Made by a program: the position numbers and the translations under genes. This document shows positions 61,660 through 64,000 of a DNA stretch of 64,000 nt, piece after piece (the first letter of the stretch is position 1; every line of letters starts with the position of its first letter). The stretch spans positions 1 through 64,000 of the forward strand of contig CAWGJT010000015.1 of NCBI GenBank assembly GCA_963822965.1, read 5' to 3'. The DNA is from an uncultured delta proteobacterium. Lineage in GTDB: Bacteria; Myxococcota_A; UBA9160; UBA4427. Under the pieces are notes generated by a model, which saw only the letters and a list, made by a program, of their open reading frames with translations, did not search any database and was not told the origin of the DNA.

Positions 61660-63582
61660 GTGAACTCCGTCGCATCCAGCGGCTTCCCCCGAGAAGCGAT
61701 CGAGGCGTGCCTCGATCGAATCGCTGCGAGCCGGCACTTCGTGCGCTCGCGCAGACTCAGCCGGTTCCTGCGCTTCACCGTCGAGGCGCTCCTCGAGGGC
61801 CGGTCGGGCGAGCTGAAGGAACGGACCATCGGGGTCGAGGTGTACCACCGAGCCCTCGAGTACGATCCGCGCCTCGACCCGATCGTGCGGTCCGAGGCAC
61901 ACCGCCTGCGGACCCGGCTCGCGGCCTACTACGCCGCCGAGGGATCGGCCGATCCGATCGTGGTCGACTACCCCAAGGGAAGCTACGTCCCCGGGCTGGG
62001 CCCGAACCCGTCCGATCCGGAGCACGGACTCCCCGGATGCCGCCTCGTCGTGGCGGGCTTCGAGGACCACAGCCCCGGCGGCCGGAGTGCCGCCCAGGCC
62101 CGCGCGATGGGAGACGCACTTCGCTCCCGCCTCGCGGTCCAGCCCGGAGTGCGGGTGCTGTACCGGGCCTCGGGGGCGCCAGGCGCCCAGCATGCCGGCT
62201 CCCATCTGGACGCGGACTACCGGGTGGACGGCACCTTCGACCGCCGCGACGGTCGCTGCGAAGTGACCGCGCGGCTCGCGCGGCTTGCCGACGGGCAACG
62301 AGTCTGGTCCCAGACCGAGCGGTTCGCGCCGAGGCGGGCGGCCGAGGTGCCGGAGATCCTGGCCGAGCAGCTGGCGGCCGCGATCGGCGCCACCGTGATG
62401 CGGAGGGCGAGCCCCGCCCAGCCGGCGACGGCCCGCGCGCACGATCTCTACGTGAAGGGCCGTCACAGCGTCATGCAGTACGGGAACACGCTCGATCCGC
62501 GCCATCTCGAGCCGGCACGGCGCCGATTGCGAGCCGCGATCGAGCACGAGCCCGACTACGTGGACGCTCTGGCCGAGCTCGCCAACCTCGAGCTGATGCA
62601 CCTGTATCCGCCCCGCAGCGATGCCTCGCACGTCCTCACCAGCGCACGCGGGGTCCTGGAGCGCGCGCTCGCCGCCGAGCCTCGTCACGCCCGCAGCCTG
62701 TACCTGCTCGGGCACATCGCGGGAAGCACGGGTCGACACCTCGAGGCCCTGCGCCTGACCGAGTCGGCGGTGGCGATCGATCCGGACGATCCGGAGGGCC
62801 GTACCATGCTGGCCGTCCGCTACACGAGCCTCGGCTTCTGGGAGTCGGCGGTAGCGGCCTGCGACTGGGCCCTGGCGCTGGACCCGGTCTGGGACGCCCC
62901 ACACCGGATCAAGGCCTACCTGCTCACGCGGATGGGGCGGCCCGAGGACACGCGCATCGCAATCGCCGACCTGGCGAACCACGGCACGTCGCCGCCCGAG
63001 GTCGCGATGGCTCGCTTCGACCTGCTCATCGCCGAAGGGCGCTTCGCGAGCGCCCGGGCGGAGCTCGAGAGCGCGGAGTCCACGTTCCCGCTGCGACCCG
63101 ATCTGGAGGACCGGCGAGAGATCGCCCTGGCGCTGGCCCGGGCGCTGGAGGGGAGCCACCGGGATGCTCGCCGCACCCTGGAGTCCCACCGCAGCGACGG
63201 GTTCCGCTTCTGGGACCACACCATCCGGCTTGCCCTCGTGCTCGGGGAAGGGGACCTCGCACGGGAGCTCTTCCTCGGCAACCCGATCAACGGGAGCTAC
63301 CGCTGGCTCGCGACCGAGGAGCTCGCCCGGTCCCACCTCCGGTGCCCCGGGTGGCAGGCGGTCGTCGAGGAGCGTCACGAGCGCTGGCAGCGGGATCTCG
63401 CGACGGTGGGCCCTCGCCTCCCCGCCGCTCCTCCGTCCCTTCCGAAGCCCGCCGATCTGCTCCAGGCCGGCAGCCGGGCGCCCGCCCGGAGCGCCTCGGC
63501 CAGCCCCGCCCGACGCCCGCGAGACGCCCACCCGGCTCCGGGACGGCTCGGACGCGCGCATCCTTCGGGCCGCCAGCCCTAG
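61660..63582 (+). CDS. Signal-transduction protein: N-terminal putative DNA-binding domain, TolB-N-like domain, TPR repeats
   Basis: LKERTIGVEV..R...YDPRLDPIVR.EA.RLR..L..YY...G..DP......KGSYVP; A.DLY.KGR; AL.LDP-type TPRs. Confidence 0.8.
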   Translation: MNSVASSGFPREAIEACLDRIAASRHFVRSRRLSRFLRFTVEALLEGRSGELKERTIGVEVYHRALEYDPRLDPIVRSEAHRLRTRLAAYYAAEGSADPIVVDYPKGSYVPGLGPNPSDPEHGLPGCRLVVAGFEDHSPGGRSAAQARAMGDALRSRLAVQPGVRVLYRASGAPGAQHAGSHLDADYRVDGTFDRRDGRCEVTARLARLADGQRVWSQTERFAPRRAAEVPEILAEQLAAAIGATVMRRASPAQPATARAHDLYVKGRHSVMQYGNTLDPRHLEPARRRLRAAIEHEPDYVDALAELANLELMHLYPPRSDASHVLTSARGVLERALAAEPRHARSLYLLGHIAGSTGRHLEALRLTESAVAIDPDDPEGRTMLAVRYTSLGFWESAVAACDWALALDPVWDAPHRIKAYLLTRMGRPEDTRIAIADLANHGTSPPEVAMARFDLLIAEGRFASARAELESAESTFPLRPDLEDRREIALALARALEGSHRDARRTLESHRSDGFRFWDHTIRLALVLGEGDLARELFLGNPINGSYRWLATEELARSHLRCPGWQAVVEERHERWQRDLATVGPRLPAAPPSLPKPADLLQAGSRAPARSASASPARRPRDAHPAPGRLGRAHPSGRQP

Positions 63583-64000
63583 CCCGCTCGTGGGACCCGC
63601 CGCCCGGCCGCCGCGTTCCGGCGATGGGCGGTGCGCTCGCGGCCCGGACGCTGGCGCGCCTCCCCCGCGATCATGCTGCCCTGCAGCCAGCTCCGGAACG
63701 CGCGCCGCAGCTCGCGCGGGCCTTCCAGCCGGATGCGGCGGGCCGCCAGCTCGGCGTCGAGGGAACGGATGCCCCGCCACGCCTCCACGAAGCGCCGCAG
63801 ATCGGACGAGACCCGCAGATCGACCTCGTGTCCCGGGTGCTTGATGCAGACGTCGAGCCGGTCGCCGCGCTTCAGGAGCCAGAAGCGCGTGCAGAAGCGG
63901 CGCGGTACCCCTGTGAACTCGAACTCGACCAACACCTTGCCCGGCGGCATGCGCGCCACGTCCATGCGGTTGTGCATGCTCCAGGCCAGGAACTCGGGAT
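63579..64000 (-). CDS. C-terminal (SCP2-like) part of a probable HxlR-family regulator; 5' end outside the window
   Basis: PEFLAWSMHNRMD, VEFEFTG, FWLL, DVC.KHPG.EVDL, W.G, I.LEG...L.R.F..WL. Confidence 0.7.
   Translation of the reverse strand, partial: PEFLAWSMHNRMDVARMPPGKVLVEFEFTGVPRRFCTRFWLLKRGDRLDVCIKHPGHEVDLRVSSDLRRFVEAWRGIRSLDAELAARRIRLEGPRELRRAFRSWLQGSMIAGEARQRPGRERTAHRRNAAAGRRVPRAG

Overview
Very GC-rich bacterial chromosome segment. Gene content (sigma54 activator, Gld-like ABC, Coq4-like, S1P-lyase-like, PI-PLC) suggests a Myxococcota/deltaproteobacterial lineage; this is inference. Many genes carry single-base frameshifts, most consistent with assembly indel errors. The first ~5.5 kb is an accessory region: a degraded HEPN-associated/RES gene, a tyrosine recombinase with a candidate core site, the 3' half of a tRNA-Arg (att-like), an IS256 element between two truncated genes, and an intact tRNA-Lys. 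The rest is mostly housekeeping and metabolic genes (purA, serA, aroA, pgi-like, rpiA, cti, gadB, UvrD helicase, VapBC, mddA-like, sulfatase). Three loci stand out. (1) At 6.9-7.9 kb, a sigma70 promoter carries a TTCGC-N6-TTCGC box that recurs upstream of the UvrD helicase (SOS-box-like). It precedes a ~186-nt rod-shaped RNA and three translationally coupled small ORFs with no recognisable homology. (2) An ExbB/ExbD/TonB-like motor is linked to a ~1160-aa secreted protein of over 40 DxxxDG beta-hairpin repeats. (3) A nucleoside 2-deoxyribosyltransferase plus membrane-protein cassette is bracketed by an intact and a relic copy of a zinc peptidase gene. No CRISPR array or rRNA was seen.
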